Shown here: positions 8,364 to 18,149 of the stretch, one piece after another
Layout of the letters: the number at the start of each line of letters is the position of its first letter
Numbering within the stretch: position 1 is the first letter of the stretch
Virus record (IMG/VR): IMGVR_UViG_3300021339_000001
Span: 1 to 62,677 of that record
Source: a virus
Direction: 5' to 3' (one strand)
Length of the DNA: 62,677 nt
Notes under the pieces: model-generated
Told to the model about the DNA's origin: nothing
What the model saw: only the letters and a program-made list of their open reading frames with translations
Databases searched by the model: none
Translations under genes and position numbers: made by a program

Positions 8364-9484
8364 TGGGCAAGGGCTTCAACGTCGCAGCGGATATCGTCAA
8401 TAGGACCGCTGACGGGCGTGACATCAACGACATGTGGGCTGAATTTCAAGCCACCGTTGCGCTGCGCAACTCGCGTCGGCAGCCGTTGATCGACCTGCTG
8501 ACGTTCCCGGTTACCAACGTGATCGAGGATGTTCCACAGATCGGTCAGGAGGACTTCGAGGAGGCATCGGAGTTCGGTGTGCCGAAGGGGATTCGGCCGC
8601 AGCTCACCTACTTCTCGCTGGCATACACCTTCAAGTGGTACGACCTGGCGAAGCGGAACACGTGGCGATTCCTCGCCGACGCGACCGCCGCGCAGGTCGA
8701 AGCCAACCACCAGGTGGCGTTGGACGCGGACAATCGTCTCGTCTTCAAGACGGTCATGCACACGCTGTTCCGCAACACCAACCGATCGGCCACGATCAAC
8801 GGCCAGTCCTACAACGTGTACGCTCTCTACAACAACGATGGCACCGTGCCGCCGGAGTACGCGGGCAACACGTTCGACGGCACGCACACCCACTACCTGG
8901 TGAGCGGCGCGGCCGGTATCGACTCGGGTGACTTCGAGGCGATGATCGAGCACCTTCGGCACCACGGGTACTCACCAGCCAACGGTATGCAGCTCGTTGC
9001 GCTCGTGAATCCGGCACAGTCGGTCGCGATCCGCACGTGGAGGGCGAACACCGCCAACGCGAACGGCGCCGTCGCTCTCTACGACTTCATCCCCGCGTCG
9101 AATCAGCCGAGCCTGATCGTCCCGAACTCGGATGGTCTGCTTGGCACCATTCCGCCGTCGTCCTTCCAGGGCTTCAGCGTGATCGGCAGCTACGGGAGTG
9201 TGCTGATCATCGAAGAGGACTACTGCCCCGCTGGCTACGTGGCGATGATCGCGACTGGCGGCGCGGCCAACCTCCGCAACCCGGTCGGTATTCGGATGCA
9301 CCCGAACGCGTCGCTTCAGGGTCTCCTGCTGCTCGGCGGTAACCAGACGGGCTACCCGTTGATCGAGTCTTTTTACACCCGCGGACTCGGCACCGGCATT
9401 CGTCAGCGCGGCGGCACGGTCATCATGCAGATCAAGGCCTCCGGCAACTACGACATTCCGGCGCTCTACGCGAACGTGCCGTGA
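8363..9484 (+). CDS. Major capsid protein
   Basis: 373 aa. ATG overlaps the upstream stop (TGATG). Position after scaffold and decoration genes fits. Confidence 0.85.
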   Translation: MGKGFNVAADIVNRTADGRDINDMWAEFQATVALRNSRRQPLIDLLTFPVTNVIEDVPQIGQEDFEEASEFGVPKGIRPQLTYFSLAYTFKWYDLAKRNTWRFLADATAAQVEANHQVALDADNRLVFKTVMHTLFRNTNRSATINGQSYNVYALYNNDGTVPPEYAGNTFDGTHTHYLVSGAAGIDSGDFEAMIEHLRHHGYSPANGMQLVALVNPAQSVAIRTWRANTANANGAVALYDFIPASNQPSLIVPNSDGLLGTIPPSSFQGFSVIGSYGSVLIIEEDYCPAGYVAMIATGGAANLRNPVGIRMHPNASLQGLLLLGGNQTGYPLIESFYTRGLGTGIRQRGGTVIMQIKASGNYDIPALYANVP

Positions 9485-9497
9485 TAGGAGCAGACAC

Positions 9498-9860
9498 GTG
9501 AGCAAGCAGATCGACATGAGTAAGAACTCATTCACCGACGACGAGGTTCAGTACATGCGTGAGCGCATGATGTCGGTTCCCGGTGAAGACCCTGAGCCCG
9601 AGCCGGAGCCCAACTTCGACACCGTCCGCGACGTGACGTCGCCCACGCCACCGATCATCGGCGTGGATGCGCCACCGCCTCCCTCTGCGCCGACGGAGCC
9701 AGAGAACGCGCCGGAGACCGAATCGGTGGACGAGGGCGACGAGTTCGAGCGTCTTCCAGCCGAGTCACTTCGACAGATGCTGCGTGATCGCGAGCAGCCG
9801 ACGTCGGGCACCAAGCCGGAGCTCATCGAGCGGTTGCGTTCGCTTCCGCCGAAGGAGTAA
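9498..9860 (+). CDS. Hypothetical protein with Pro/Glu-rich linker and C-terminal SAP/HeH-like motif
   Basis: C-terminal motif LRQMLRDREQPTSGTKPELIERLRSL. RBS aggag. Confidence 0.65.
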   Translation: MSKQIDMSKNSFTDDEVQYMRERMMSVPGEDPEPEPEPNFDTVRDVTSPTPPIIGVDAPPPPSAPTEPENAPETESVDEGDEFERLPAESLRQMLRDREQPTSGTKPELIERLRSLPPKE

Positions 9861-9879
9861 CTAGTGGGAGGGGAACTCG

Positions 9880-10197
9880 GTGGCGACCGCGGCAGACATT
9901 GATCAACTGAGGTTGTTGATCGACGACCGCAACGCCGCCGAGTTCTCTGACGACTACCTCGCTGAACTGCTGGACGCGGGCTCTACGATGAACGCGACGG
10001 CCGCGACGTTGTGGCGCGTGAAGGCAGCGCGTTACGTCAAGCTCGTACACGTCAAGGAAGGTTCTAGCACCCGGAACCTGGGCGACATGCACGCGCACGC
10101 GTTGGCCATGGCCAAGGTGTACGGCGATGATCCGGGTGGCGATGAAGAAACGCCGATCACCGGGCGAGCTGGGACGCGGGAGATCACACGTGCCTGA
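9880..10197 (+). CDS. Head-to-tail adaptor
   Basis: Size, position and N-terminal ADIDQLRLLIDD...YLAELLD pattern. Confidence 0.6.
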   Translation: MATAADIDQLRLLIDDRNAAEFSDDYLAELLDAGSTMNATAATLWRVKAARYVKLVHVKEGSSTRNLGDMHAHALAMAKVYGDDPGGDEETPITGRAGTREITRA

Positions 10198-10576
10198 TCA
10201 GGATGTCGAGTTCGAACACGACGTGCAGCGTGAGCTGACGCGTTGGTTCATCGACACCGATCCGATCGAGATCGCACTCGTTCCATATGAGCGTATACGT
10301 GTCTCCAACGGTGGATTTCAGCTCGTGGCGCAGACGCCTCGAGCGATCCAACGTCTCCGGCTTTGCGAGGTTGACTCGGTATTCGCTGGCGAGCTGCGAC
10401 GGACCGACGACGGCATCCAACGCGATCTTACCTTGACGTTACTTGGCATGTGGGATGCGATCATTCAGCCCTACGATCGATTCACACATGATGATGCGCA
10501 GTGGGAAGTACTCTCTGACCTGCGCTACAACAACTGGGAACGACGCGCAACGGTGGTGCGACGTGGCACGCCGTAG
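10190..10576 (+). CDS. Head-tail connector protein
   Basis: ORF 10127..10576 trimmed to GTG10190, which overlaps the upstream stop. Confidence 0.55.
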   Translation: MPDQDVEFEHDVQRELTRWFIDTDPIEIALVPYERIRVSNGGFQLVAQTPRAIQRLRLCEVDSVFAGELRRTDDGIQRDLTLTLLGMWDAIIQPYDRFTHDDAQWEVLSDLRYNNWERRATVVRRGTP

Positions 10577-10934
10577 CATTAACTGGGACGACAAGGAACT
10601 TGCCCAGCGCATTGAGAAGATGCCCAACGAGGTTGATCGTGTTCTGTCGGGCGTCGTTCGCTACCACGCGCCGAAGTTCCAACGGCGCGCGCGCATCGAC
10701 GCTTCGTGGACGGATCGAACCGGCAACGCGCGCAACGGTCTATTCGCCAAGGCGGTCATCGAAAAGCAGCACAGCTACGCGATCGTGCTCCATCACACCA
10801 TGCCATATGGCTTCTGGCTTGAGGTCAGATTCGCCGGCCGGTACGCCGTGATCCTGCCGACGCTGGATGCGAGTGGGCCCGAGGTTATGCGCGACGTCGC
10901 GCGACTGTTCGTGGTGTTGAGCGGGAGTACGTGA
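10563..10934 (+). CDS. HK97 gp10-like neck protein
   Basis: ORF 10443..10934 trimmed to GTG10563. Contains the WTDRTGNARNGLFA motif. Confidence 0.6.
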   Translation: MARRSINWDDKELAQRIEKMPNEVDRVLSGVVRYHAPKFQRRARIDASWTDRTGNARNGLFAKAVIEKQHSYAIVLHHTMPYGFWLEVRFAGRYAVILPTLDASGPEVMRDVARLFVVLSGST

Positions 10935-11332
10935 TGAGTCGCGCGGCGGTGTACGGACTTATCAGTGCTGATCTTGATCTTCAACTACTGGGATTGGATC
11001 CCAACGCGACGTTCAGCGCGAACGCGACAGACTCCCCGACTTATCGGCCGTTTGTGATCATTCGGTGGGAAGATCACACGGCGACGTTCGCCGATCGCGG
11101 GCCGCAGAACCTCACGATCTGGGTTCACGATGATGGTCAGGATTACGCTCGAGTCAACGACATGCTCCAGCGTATTCGTGAGGTAATGGCGGACGCCGTC
11201 CATGTGGTAGGCAACGACGGTGACACGTTGACCGAGAGTAGGTGGCTTGGTTCCAGTTCTGATCTCTATGATGACGGTTATCGCACCATAACTCGAAATG
11301 CGACGTTTCGAGTCGTATCACGGAGGAGTTAG
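10931..11332 (+). CDS. Tail terminator-like protein
   Basis: Synteny between the neck genes and the major tail protein. Confidence 0.55.
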   Translation: MMSRAAVYGLISADLDLQLLGLDPNATFSANATDSPTYRPFVIIRWEDHTATFADRGPQNLTIWVHDDGQDYARVNDMLQRIREVMADAVHVVGNDGDTLTESRWLGSSSDLYDDGYRTITRNATFRVVSRRS

Positions 11333-11560
11333 ATGGCAGAGAAGGTAGTCGAATCTCCGAAGGTGGCGCGGTACATCGGAACCGCCGACGTTCGCGAGAT
11401 CGACAAGTCGAGTTGGGATAACGCGGGCGTCACCGATCAAACCAAGGTGACGTGGAACAAGCGCAACAAGTGGCAGGTTCCTCTCACCGAGCTGAGCGAC
11501 TCAGCGGTGGCGTATCTCGAAAATGATCCAGGATTCGTCGTGGCGGACTATCAGCCGTGA
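11333..11560 (+). CDS. Hypothetical protein
   Basis: ggaggag RBS upstream of ATG. Confidence 0.6.
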   Translation: MAEKVVESPKVARYIGTADVREIDKSSWDNAGVTDQTKVTWNKRNKWQVPLTELSDSAVAYLENDPGFVVADYQP

Positions 11561-11775
11561 CCGATCTGCGATGCGCGAGTAAGTTGCATGGAACTCTCGA
11601 TGATGGTGTTATCGAGATCAAGTGCAACTCGCGTTTTTGCGGTGCAGGTTCGGAGGTAGTCGTGCTTCATAAATTTAACGCGGTCACCGGCGAGTTGATC
11701 GAGACCGCACGGTTCAAGTCACCAGGAGGAACACGTGGCACTGACCACCGTGCCGCTGCCGTACGGACTGCGTGA
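11557..11775 (+). CDS. Hypothetical protein
   Basis: GTGA overlap with the upstream stop. Confidence 0.5.
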   Translation: MTDLRCASKLHGTLDDGVIEIKCNSRFCGAGSEVVVLHKFNAVTGELIETARFKSPGGTRGTDHRAAAVRTA

Positions 11776-12292
11776 ACTGTACGTCACCGGCTACACGACT
11801 GACGCGGCCACGGTGCTGGATACTCCCAGCGTCAAGTTGCCGTATGGGCGGACGCTGAGTTTCTCGGCTGCCGAGGAATTCCAGGAACTGCGCGGTGACG
11901 ACCGTGTTGTGACCACTCGTGGTCAGGGCGAAGGCGTCGAGTGGGATCTCGAGGCGGGCGGTCTGTCTTACGAGTCGACCCGCAAGATGTTCGGCGGATC
12001 GATCACCGAGACCGGCACGACTCCGAATCAGAAGAAGGTCTACTTGAAGAAGGTCACCGAGGCACGACCTTTCTTCCAGCTTCGCGGTCGTGCGATCTCC
12101 GACAGCGGCGGCGACGTCGTGTGCACGTTGTTCCGATGCCGCTCGACCGGCGAACTCGAAGGCGAGATGTCCGACGGCGAGTTCTGGTTGACGTCGGCAT
12201 CAGGTGTCGCGTTGCCGTGCTTGGTCGCGGGCACCACCCTTGACGGTCTCTACCAGTTCGAGCAGAACGAGACCGCGGCTGTCTTGACGTAA
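11735..12292 (+). CDS. Major tail protein
   Basis: aggagga RBS with GTG start. 185 aa, directly upstream of the chaperone and tape measure genes. Confidence 0.75.
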   Translation: MALTTVPLPYGLRELYVTGYTTDAATVLDTPSVKLPYGRTLSFSAAEEFQELRGDDRVVTTRGQGEGVEWDLEAGGLSYESTRKMFGGSITETGTTPNQKKVYLKKVTEARPFFQLRGRAISDSGGDVVCTLFRCRSTGELEGEMSDGEFWLTSASGVALPCLVAGTTLDGLYQFEQNETAAVLT

Positions 12293-12320
12293 TCCATCAA
12301 CTGGGAATAGGAGCACTAGG

Positions 12321-12971
12321 ATGCCACCCACGGACGAGGAACGACGCGAAAAGCGTCGGAAGAATCGCGAACGTCGTCGCGATCAGAGGGCACGTACGCG
12401 CGTAGACGAGTCGCAAACGTGGAATCCAACGACCACGACGACTACCAGGTCCAACGATGATCTCGCGGCTCGCTACGCGCCAACCGCGTGGTCTGGTAAC
12501 AGTGGCCAAGGCGAGTTCACCGAGCTAACCTGCCCTTCCGGCCAGATGTGTCTCGTTCGACGCCCGGGTGTTCGTGGATTGATGAAGGCAGGTGTTCTTC
12601 ACAGCGTGGACGCCCTGTCGGTCGCGATCGACAACGGCATTCGAAAAGGTACCGGTCAGCGACCACAGGACGAAGCGATCACCCTCAAGGCCATCACCGA
12701 GAATCCGTCGATGCTTGAGGATGCACTTCACATGAGCCATCGCATTCTCTGTTACGTCGTCGTGGCTCCCGTGCTGGAGATGCCACGCGACGATCCGACG
12801 AATCGCAAGCCGGGTGTGCTGTACGCGGATGACGTCGACGAGATGGACATGATGTTCATCATCAACTTCGTGATGGGGGGAAGTAAGGAGCTGGAGACGT
12901 TTCGTGAAAGATTCGAAGAAAATCTTCGAAGCCTGGACGCTCAGTCAGCGAATGGGAGTACGTCCGAGTGA
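12321..12971 (+). CDS. Tail assembly chaperone (short product)
   Basis: Position before the tape measure gene; basic N-terminus. Confidence 0.8.
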   Translation: MPPTDEERREKRRKNRERRRDQRARTRVDESQTWNPTTTTTTRSNDDLAARYAPTAWSGNSGQGEFTELTCPSGQMCLVRRPGVRGLMKAGVLHSVDALSVAIDNGIRKGTGQRPQDEAITLKAITENPSMLEDALHMSHRILCYVVVAPVLEMPRDDPTNRKPGVLYADDVDEMDMMFIINFVMGGSKELETFRERFEENLRSLDAQSANGSTSE

Positions 12972-13182
12972 GACGTATTTCATCGATGACGAACTCACCG
13001 CGTGGTGCTTCGACCGTGCTGTAGTCACGTGGGGAACGGCGCTCGAGAACAACCTTGAGAAAGAACTGAAGAAGGCAAAGACGGACGCGGCTGCGCAACG
13101 AATTCACGCACGTGTCATGGCACGGTGGCTCGATGACGGCGACACACACGGACGATTCCGTGACCCAGGTAAGACAAGCTAG
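12321..13182 (+). CDS. Tail assembly chaperone, frameshifted long product (shift into the +1 frame near 12875..12881)
   Basis: The +1 frame is open from 12874 to 13182. The slippery run is atGGGGGGAag. The -1 frame stops at 12884. Confidence 0.6.
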
Positions 13183-13197
13183 GCGGGAGGTGGGCTA

Positions 13198-16092
13198 GTG
13201 CCGAATTACGATCTTGGCACAGCCCGTGGCGTCGTCGAGATTCAGTACAAGTCGGATGGACCTGACAAGGCTCGTAAGGACCTAGACAGTCTTAGCAGCA
13301 CGGCTGACTCAACCGGTGCGGCGATGGATCGTACGTCGCGTACCATGGGTATCGCGGGATTGGCGATCGCGGCCGGTCTCGGTGTCGCCGCTAAGTCGGC
13401 GATCGACTTCGAGAAGCAACTCAGCGGTATTAAGGCTGTCTCGGGTGCCACCGCTGACGAGATGGAGAAGATTCGAGCCAAGGCTCTCCAGATCGGCAAG
13501 GATACCAAGTTCAGCGCATCTGAAGCTGCGTTGGCTATGGAAGAACTTGTCAAAGCAGGCTTGTCGACGACAGATGTCTTAAACGGTGCAGCGGACGCGA
13601 CGATCGCGCTCGCCGCCGCAGGCGGAGTGGACTTGCCGGTCGCGGCGGAGATCGCCGCAAACGCCATGAACCAATTCGGTCTCACGGCGAAAGAGATGCC
13701 ACGAATCGCCGACTTGATCGCGGGCGCGGCCAACGCATCGGCGATCGACGTCAACGACTTTGGGTTCTCGCTGAGTCAAGCTGGCGCGGTCGCCAACCTA
13801 GCCGGTCTGTCGTTCGACGACCTGGCCACCAGCATCGCCTTGATGGGCCAGGCGGGCATCAAGGGTAGTGACGCTGGTACGTCGCTTAAGACATTCTTGA
13901 GCAACCTGCAGCCCACCACGGTCAAGCAGACCGCCTTGTTCAAGGAACTTGGTCTTATGACCAAGGACGGGACAAACGCGTTCTACGATCAAGCCGGGTC
14001 GCTCAAGTCGATGGCGGAAGTCGCACAGCTCTTGAACACCGCGACCGCGCAGATGACGGACCAGCAGAAGCAGCTCACTCTCGAGACCTTGTTCGGCAGC
14101 GACGCCATTCGTGCCGCAGCCGTGATCACCGAGGGCGGCGCGGCTGGTTTCAATGAGATGGCCGCTGCCATGGGTAAGGTCAAGGCGGCTGACGTCGCGG
14201 CCGTTCGCATGGACAACCTGGCCGGCAAGATGGAGGAGCTTAAGGGCTCGGTTGAGACGGTGTCCATTCAAGTTGGAACCGTCTTGATCCCATTCTTGAC
14301 CACGCTGGTGAATCACGTCGCGTCCCTAGTTGGCTGGTTCAGCAGCCTCGATCAGGGAACGCAGAAGGTCATCATCGGCATCATAGGGATCTCAGGCGGG
14401 ACACTTCTCGCGATCGCTGGTATCCTCAAGCTGGTGACCACAGTGCAAACCATGGTCGCGACCATGCGCATTCTCATCCCGGCGCTGAAGGCCGCGGCGA
14501 TCGCCACTAAGGCGTTCAGCATCGCGCTGTTGACCAACCCGATCTTCTTGATCATCGCGGCGATCGTCCTACTCGTCGCCGGTCTGGTATGGCTCTACAA
14601 GAACAACGAGACCGCACGCCGCATCATGGACGCCGTGTGGAAGGCGATCAAGGTCGCGATCGCCGCGACCGTAGACTGGATCGTGAACGTTGCGTGGCCG
14701 TTCATAGTGAAAGCATGGGACGCGATCAGCGCCGGTGCGGTGTGGTTGTGGAACATCATGAAGACCGTGTGGAACGGCATTATGACAGCCGTTCGCGCGA
14801 CCGTTGACTTCATTCAAGGCGCGTGGAACCTGCTGACGCGCATCTGGGATCGAATCGCGAGTGACATCGCATTCTTGTGGGGCATCTTCAAGACCGTCTT
14901 CAACGCGATCAACTCGGTGATCGAGTCCGTTGTGTCTGCGATCGCCAGTGTGATCACGACAGCGGTGTCGATCTGGCTTGCCGTGTTCAAGGGATTCCTG
15001 GGTGTACTGGACGCGATCTGGAACGCGTTCTGGGGTGTGTTTGGTGGCTTGATCAAGGCTGTGTTCGGTCTGATCGTCGCGATCATTCAGCTCGGAATGG
15101 CGATCATCAAGCTGGCGATCACCGCCGCACTCACCGTGATCATGGCGATCTGGAACACGGTCTGGGGCGCGATCAAGGCCACAATCGGCGCGATCATCGA
15201 CTTCGTGTCAGCCTACATCAGCACGGGCTTCAACATCATGATGTCGGTTATCACGACGGTGATGAATGCGATCTGGGCCGTAGTGACGTCGATCTGGGAT
15301 GCCATCAAGGCGATATTCACCGCGGTCAACGACTTCATCGTGTCGGTGATCACCACGGCGTGGAATGCCATCAAGGGCCCAGTGCAGGCGACGATGGACT
15401 TCATCTGGTCCATCGTGAGTAGCGTCTTCAACAACGTAAAGAGCTTTATCACAAACGCCGTCAACGCCATCGTCAGCGTTATGTCCACCGCGTGGAACAC
15501 CGCTAAGAACGCTGTGTCAGGTCCGTTCAACGAGATCAAGAACATCGTCATGAACGCGATCAACGCACTCATCGACGTCGTCGGCGGCATCGGTGGTCGG
15601 ATTCTCAACACGTTGGGCGACTTTGGGCGATTGCTCTTCAACAAGGGTCGTGATCTCGTACAGGGCTTGATCGACGGTATCACGTCGATGATCAACGGCC
15701 TCACAAATAAGTTGAAGGCGTTGACCGATATGATCCCTGGTTCACCGGTCAAGGAAGGTCCGCTACGCGTGTTGAACCGCGCTGACACGCTGCTCAAGCC
15801 TCACGGCACAAAGGTCATCCAAGGTTTCTCTAACGCGATCGCCGACGAGATCCCACAACTTGACACGTTACTTGGAACGTTGGTGCGGAACAACCTCATG
15901 CGCAACATGGCGGCGACGACCGCTATGGCCGCGTCAGTGAACGCAGCGGCGCCTCATGCCACCAACAACAGCGCGACGTACGCCACAACGTTCAACCTCA
16001 ACGGCGTGTCTTCTGACACCGCAGACTCGGTGTCAGCCAAGGTCAATCGGAGATTCGGTCGTATGTTGGTTGATCGGGGGGTGCCCGCGTGA
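13198..16092 (+). CDS. Tape measure protein
   Basis: 964 aa, Ala/Gly/Ile-rich repetitive helical and TM-like segments, canonical position. Confidence 0.95.
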   Translation: MPNYDLGTARGVVEIQYKSDGPDKARKDLDSLSSTADSTGAAMDRTSRTMGIAGLAIAAGLGVAAKSAIDFEKQLSGIKAVSGATADEMEKIRAKALQIGKDTKFSASEAALAMEELVKAGLSTTDVLNGAADATIALAAAGGVDLPVAAEIAANAMNQFGLTAKEMPRIADLIAGAANASAIDVNDFGFSLSQAGAVANLAGLSFDDLATSIALMGQAGIKGSDAGTSLKTFLSNLQPTTVKQTALFKELGLMTKDGTNAFYDQAGSLKSMAEVAQLLNTATAQMTDQQKQLTLETLFGSDAIRAAAVITEGGAAGFNEMAAAMGKVKAADVAAVRMDNLAGKMEELKGSVETVSIQVGTVLIPFLTTLVNHVASLVGWFSSLDQGTQKVIIGIIGISGGTLLAIAGILKLVTTVQTMVATMRILIPALKAAAIATKAFSIALLTNPIFLIIAAIVLLVAGLVWLYKNNETARRIMDAVWKAIKVAIAATVDWIVNVAWPFIVKAWDAISAGAVWLWNIMKTVWNGIMTAVRATVDFIQGAWNLLTRIWDRIASDIAFLWGIFKTVFNAINSVIESVVSAIASVITTAVSIWLAVFKGFLGVLDAIWNAFWGVFGGLIKAVFGLIVAIIQLGMAIIKLAITAALTVIMAIWNTVWGAIKATIGAIIDFVSAYISTGFNIMMSVITTVMNAIWAVVTSIWDAIKAIFTAVNDFIVSVITTAWNAIKGPVQATMDFIWSIVSSVFNNVKSFITNAVNAIVSVMSTAWNTAKNAVSGPFNEIKNIVMNAINALIDVVGGIGGRILNTLGDFGRLLFNKGRDLVQGLIDGITSMINGLTNKLKALTDMIPGSPVKEGPLRVLNRADTLLKPHGTKVIQGFSNAIADEIPQLDTLLGTLVRNNLMRNMAATTAMAASVNAAAPHATNNSATYATTFNLNGVSSDTADSVSAKVNRRFGRMLVDRGVPA

Positions 16093-17003
16093 TCACCACC
16101 ACGCTCGATATCACGTGGATGTTGGACACCGTGGTGTTCAACACACCTTCACCTGGTGGTTGGACGCACGTCATCGACGAGCAGCGCGTAGAAGGTTGGC
16201 ACAGTTCAGCCGGTGTACGCTCAAATCGTGTTGATCGACTGCAGGACAACGGCTCGCTTCGTGGACCTAACTACCGATCCACCAAGATCATAGTGCTGAG
16301 CGGATGGACCGAAGGTCTTGATCGATTTGCCGTACAAGACGCACTAACCGAACTCGCTGCGTTATGCAGTGATCCCACTCAACTCTATCGACTCGAACGA
16401 AGTGACGCACGAAGTGACGCGAACTTCTACCTGATGGTCGAGTTGGACGACTCGATCGAGATTCGGTACAAGCAATCACGTGATCAAGATGGTGGCTACC
16501 TCGAGTGGGATATTCAACTTGCAGCACCTGACCCAACCAAGTACTGGATTCAGGATCTCGTCGATACCATGCTCGAGGTGGGTGCACCAGTTGCGCCGGT
16601 CGGCGGACTGAACTTCACCGGTGGACTGAACTTCACCGGTGGGTTGAACTTTGGTGTTTCAGGATCAAACGCAGTGTTCACGATCAACAATCCAGGGACA
16701 GCACCCTTGTTCTTGAACTTTGACGTCTACGGGCCGACCGACGGTTTTGAGATTCGACGTCTCGACAACGGTCGTAAGCTTCAGGTGAACCGCGAACTTT
16801 TCTCAGGTGATGTGTTTTTCCTCAACACCAAGAACAAGACAGCTCGACTAGGTGATCAGAACTACCGCGGTGAGATGGGCGAAGCGAGTTGGAGTAGCTT
16901 TGTCGTCTCACCTGGCGGATCGATTACCGCATACTTTGCGCCGTACACGAGTACACCCGGGCAAACCCGGCTGGTGGTTTCGTGGAACGTCGGAAACTAC
17001 TAG
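16089..17003 (+). CDS. Minor tail protein (distal-tail-like)
   Basis: Overlaps the tape measure stop. Contains a GGLNFT x3 repeat. Confidence 0.75.
   Translation: MITTTLDITWMLDTVVFNTPSPGGWTHVIDEQRVEGWHSSAGVRSNRVDRLQDNGSLRGPNYRSTKIIVLSGWTEGLDRFAVQDALTELAALCSDPTQLYRLERSDARSDANFYLMVELDDSIEIRYKQSRDQDGGYLEWDIQLAAPDPTKYWIQDLVDTMLEVGAPVAPVGGLNFTGGLNFTGGLNFGVSGSNAVFTINNPGTAPLFLNFDVYGPTDGFEIRRLDNGRKLQVNRELFSGDVFFLNTKNKTARLGDQNYRGEMGEASWSSFVVSPGGSITAYFAPYTSTPGQTRLVVSWNVGNY
16603..16656 (+). repeat. Three tandem 18-bp repeats encoding GGLNFT-GGLNFT-GGLNFG
   Basis: Sequence ggcggactgaacttcacc / ggtggactgaacttcacc / ggtgggttgaactttggt. Confidence 0.85.
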
Positions 17004-17015
17004 GAGGGAGCTGAC

Positions 17016-18149
17016 GTGCCTACCACGGTTGAAGGCGCCAAGCCTTGGGCGATCGACGACGCAATCGGGACGTTGGATGCCCGACTTTTCGCCGCATCCA
17101 TGCTCATGCCGATCTCGGTTGCATATCTGTCGACACCAAGCAACAAGGCGCGATCTGGTGTCTTGCCGGTTGGGACGGACGCGGGCGGTGTGCCGCTTGG
17201 CGGTAAGGTGCGCGCGAAGTCGTCGCCGAACATGCAGACCGAGATCGTAGCTGCGACGTATGTCATGGCTGTTACCGGTCAGGGTGTGTGGGTATGCCCG
17301 TTCGACGCGTTGGTGACCTTGGATCATCCCGCAGCCGATCCGGTGTTCAACCGATACGACCTCGTCGGCGTACGGATCTACGACGTGGACGCGGGCATTG
17401 GCGCGTCGCGCAAGGCGCAACTGGAGATCTTGCCGGGAACACCCTCGGGTAGTCCGGCTGAACCCTCGTTCAGCACCGACTTCATGCCGCTAGCGCGTGT
17501 CACCGTGAACGCCAGTCCTGACACGACGATCGTGACAGGTGACATCGTCGACCGCCGCGTGTTCACCAACACCCGAGGTGGCGTTATTCCGCATCAGCCT
17601 TTCTCGGCAGAGACAACTGGTGCGTACCCAGGTGTGCAAAAGTACGTCCACGGTGACGCGTACCCGTGGAAGGGCTGGGACGGCCTGCAGTGGCTTGACG
17701 TGGGCAGCGACTCGGCGGCCATCGCGGCCATCAACGCGTTGGACACTGTGAATGGTGTTCAGAGTACGCTCGGTACGAGCGGATCTACGGTATACACCGC
17801 GACGCTGGCCAGCGGGACCACCGCGTCGGTGGCGTTCACCGCACCGCCGTCCGGTAAGGTGATCGTACACAACATGTGCGCGTCGTTCACCAGCACCACC
17901 GCGTTCATCCACATGGCATTCGAAGTTCGCACCGGTGCGTCCATCGGCAGCGGTTCGGTGTTCTTGGCGGCCGATGATTCGTTCAGCGCGCGACACCAGA
18001 CGAACGTGCAGACGTTTTCAGTGCAACGCAGTAAGCTGGTAACCGGTCTTACGCCCGGCTCGTCCTATCACGTTCGGCAGATGTTCAAGGTGAGCACTGG
18101 ATCGGGCTCGTGGTACGACAAGGAGATCATCGTGGAGCCGCAGTTGTGA
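17016..18149 (+). CDS. Minor tail protein
   Basis: Synteny; gggag RBS with GTG start. Confidence 0.7.
   Translation: MPTTVEGAKPWAIDDAIGTLDARLFAASMLMPISVAYLSTPSNKARSGVLPVGTDAGGVPLGGKVRAKSSPNMQTEIVAATYVMAVTGQGVWVCPFDALVTLDHPAADPVFNRYDLVGVRIYDVDAGIGASRKAQLEILPGTPSGSPAEPSFSTDFMPLARVTVNASPDTTIVTGDIVDRRVFTNTRGGVIPHQPFSAETTGAYPGVQKYVHGDAYPWKGWDGLQWLDVGSDSAAIAAINALDTVNGVQSTLGTSGSTVYTATLASGTTASVAFTAPPSGKVIVHNMCASFTSTTAFIHMAFEVRTGASIGSGSVFLAADDSFSARHQTNVQTFSVQRSKLVTGLTPGSSYHVRQMFKVSTGSGSWYDKEIIVEPQL

Noticed and set aside
12875-12886. Canonical -1 frameshift on G_GGG_GGA.
   Set aside because: The -1 frame terminates at TAA 12884..12886. Only the +1 frame is open to 13182.
13242-15797. Multiple antisense and off-frame ORFs inside the tape measure gene.
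   Set aside because: These are a typical high-GC artefact. They are fully nested in a 964-aa gene with clear function and have no RBS.
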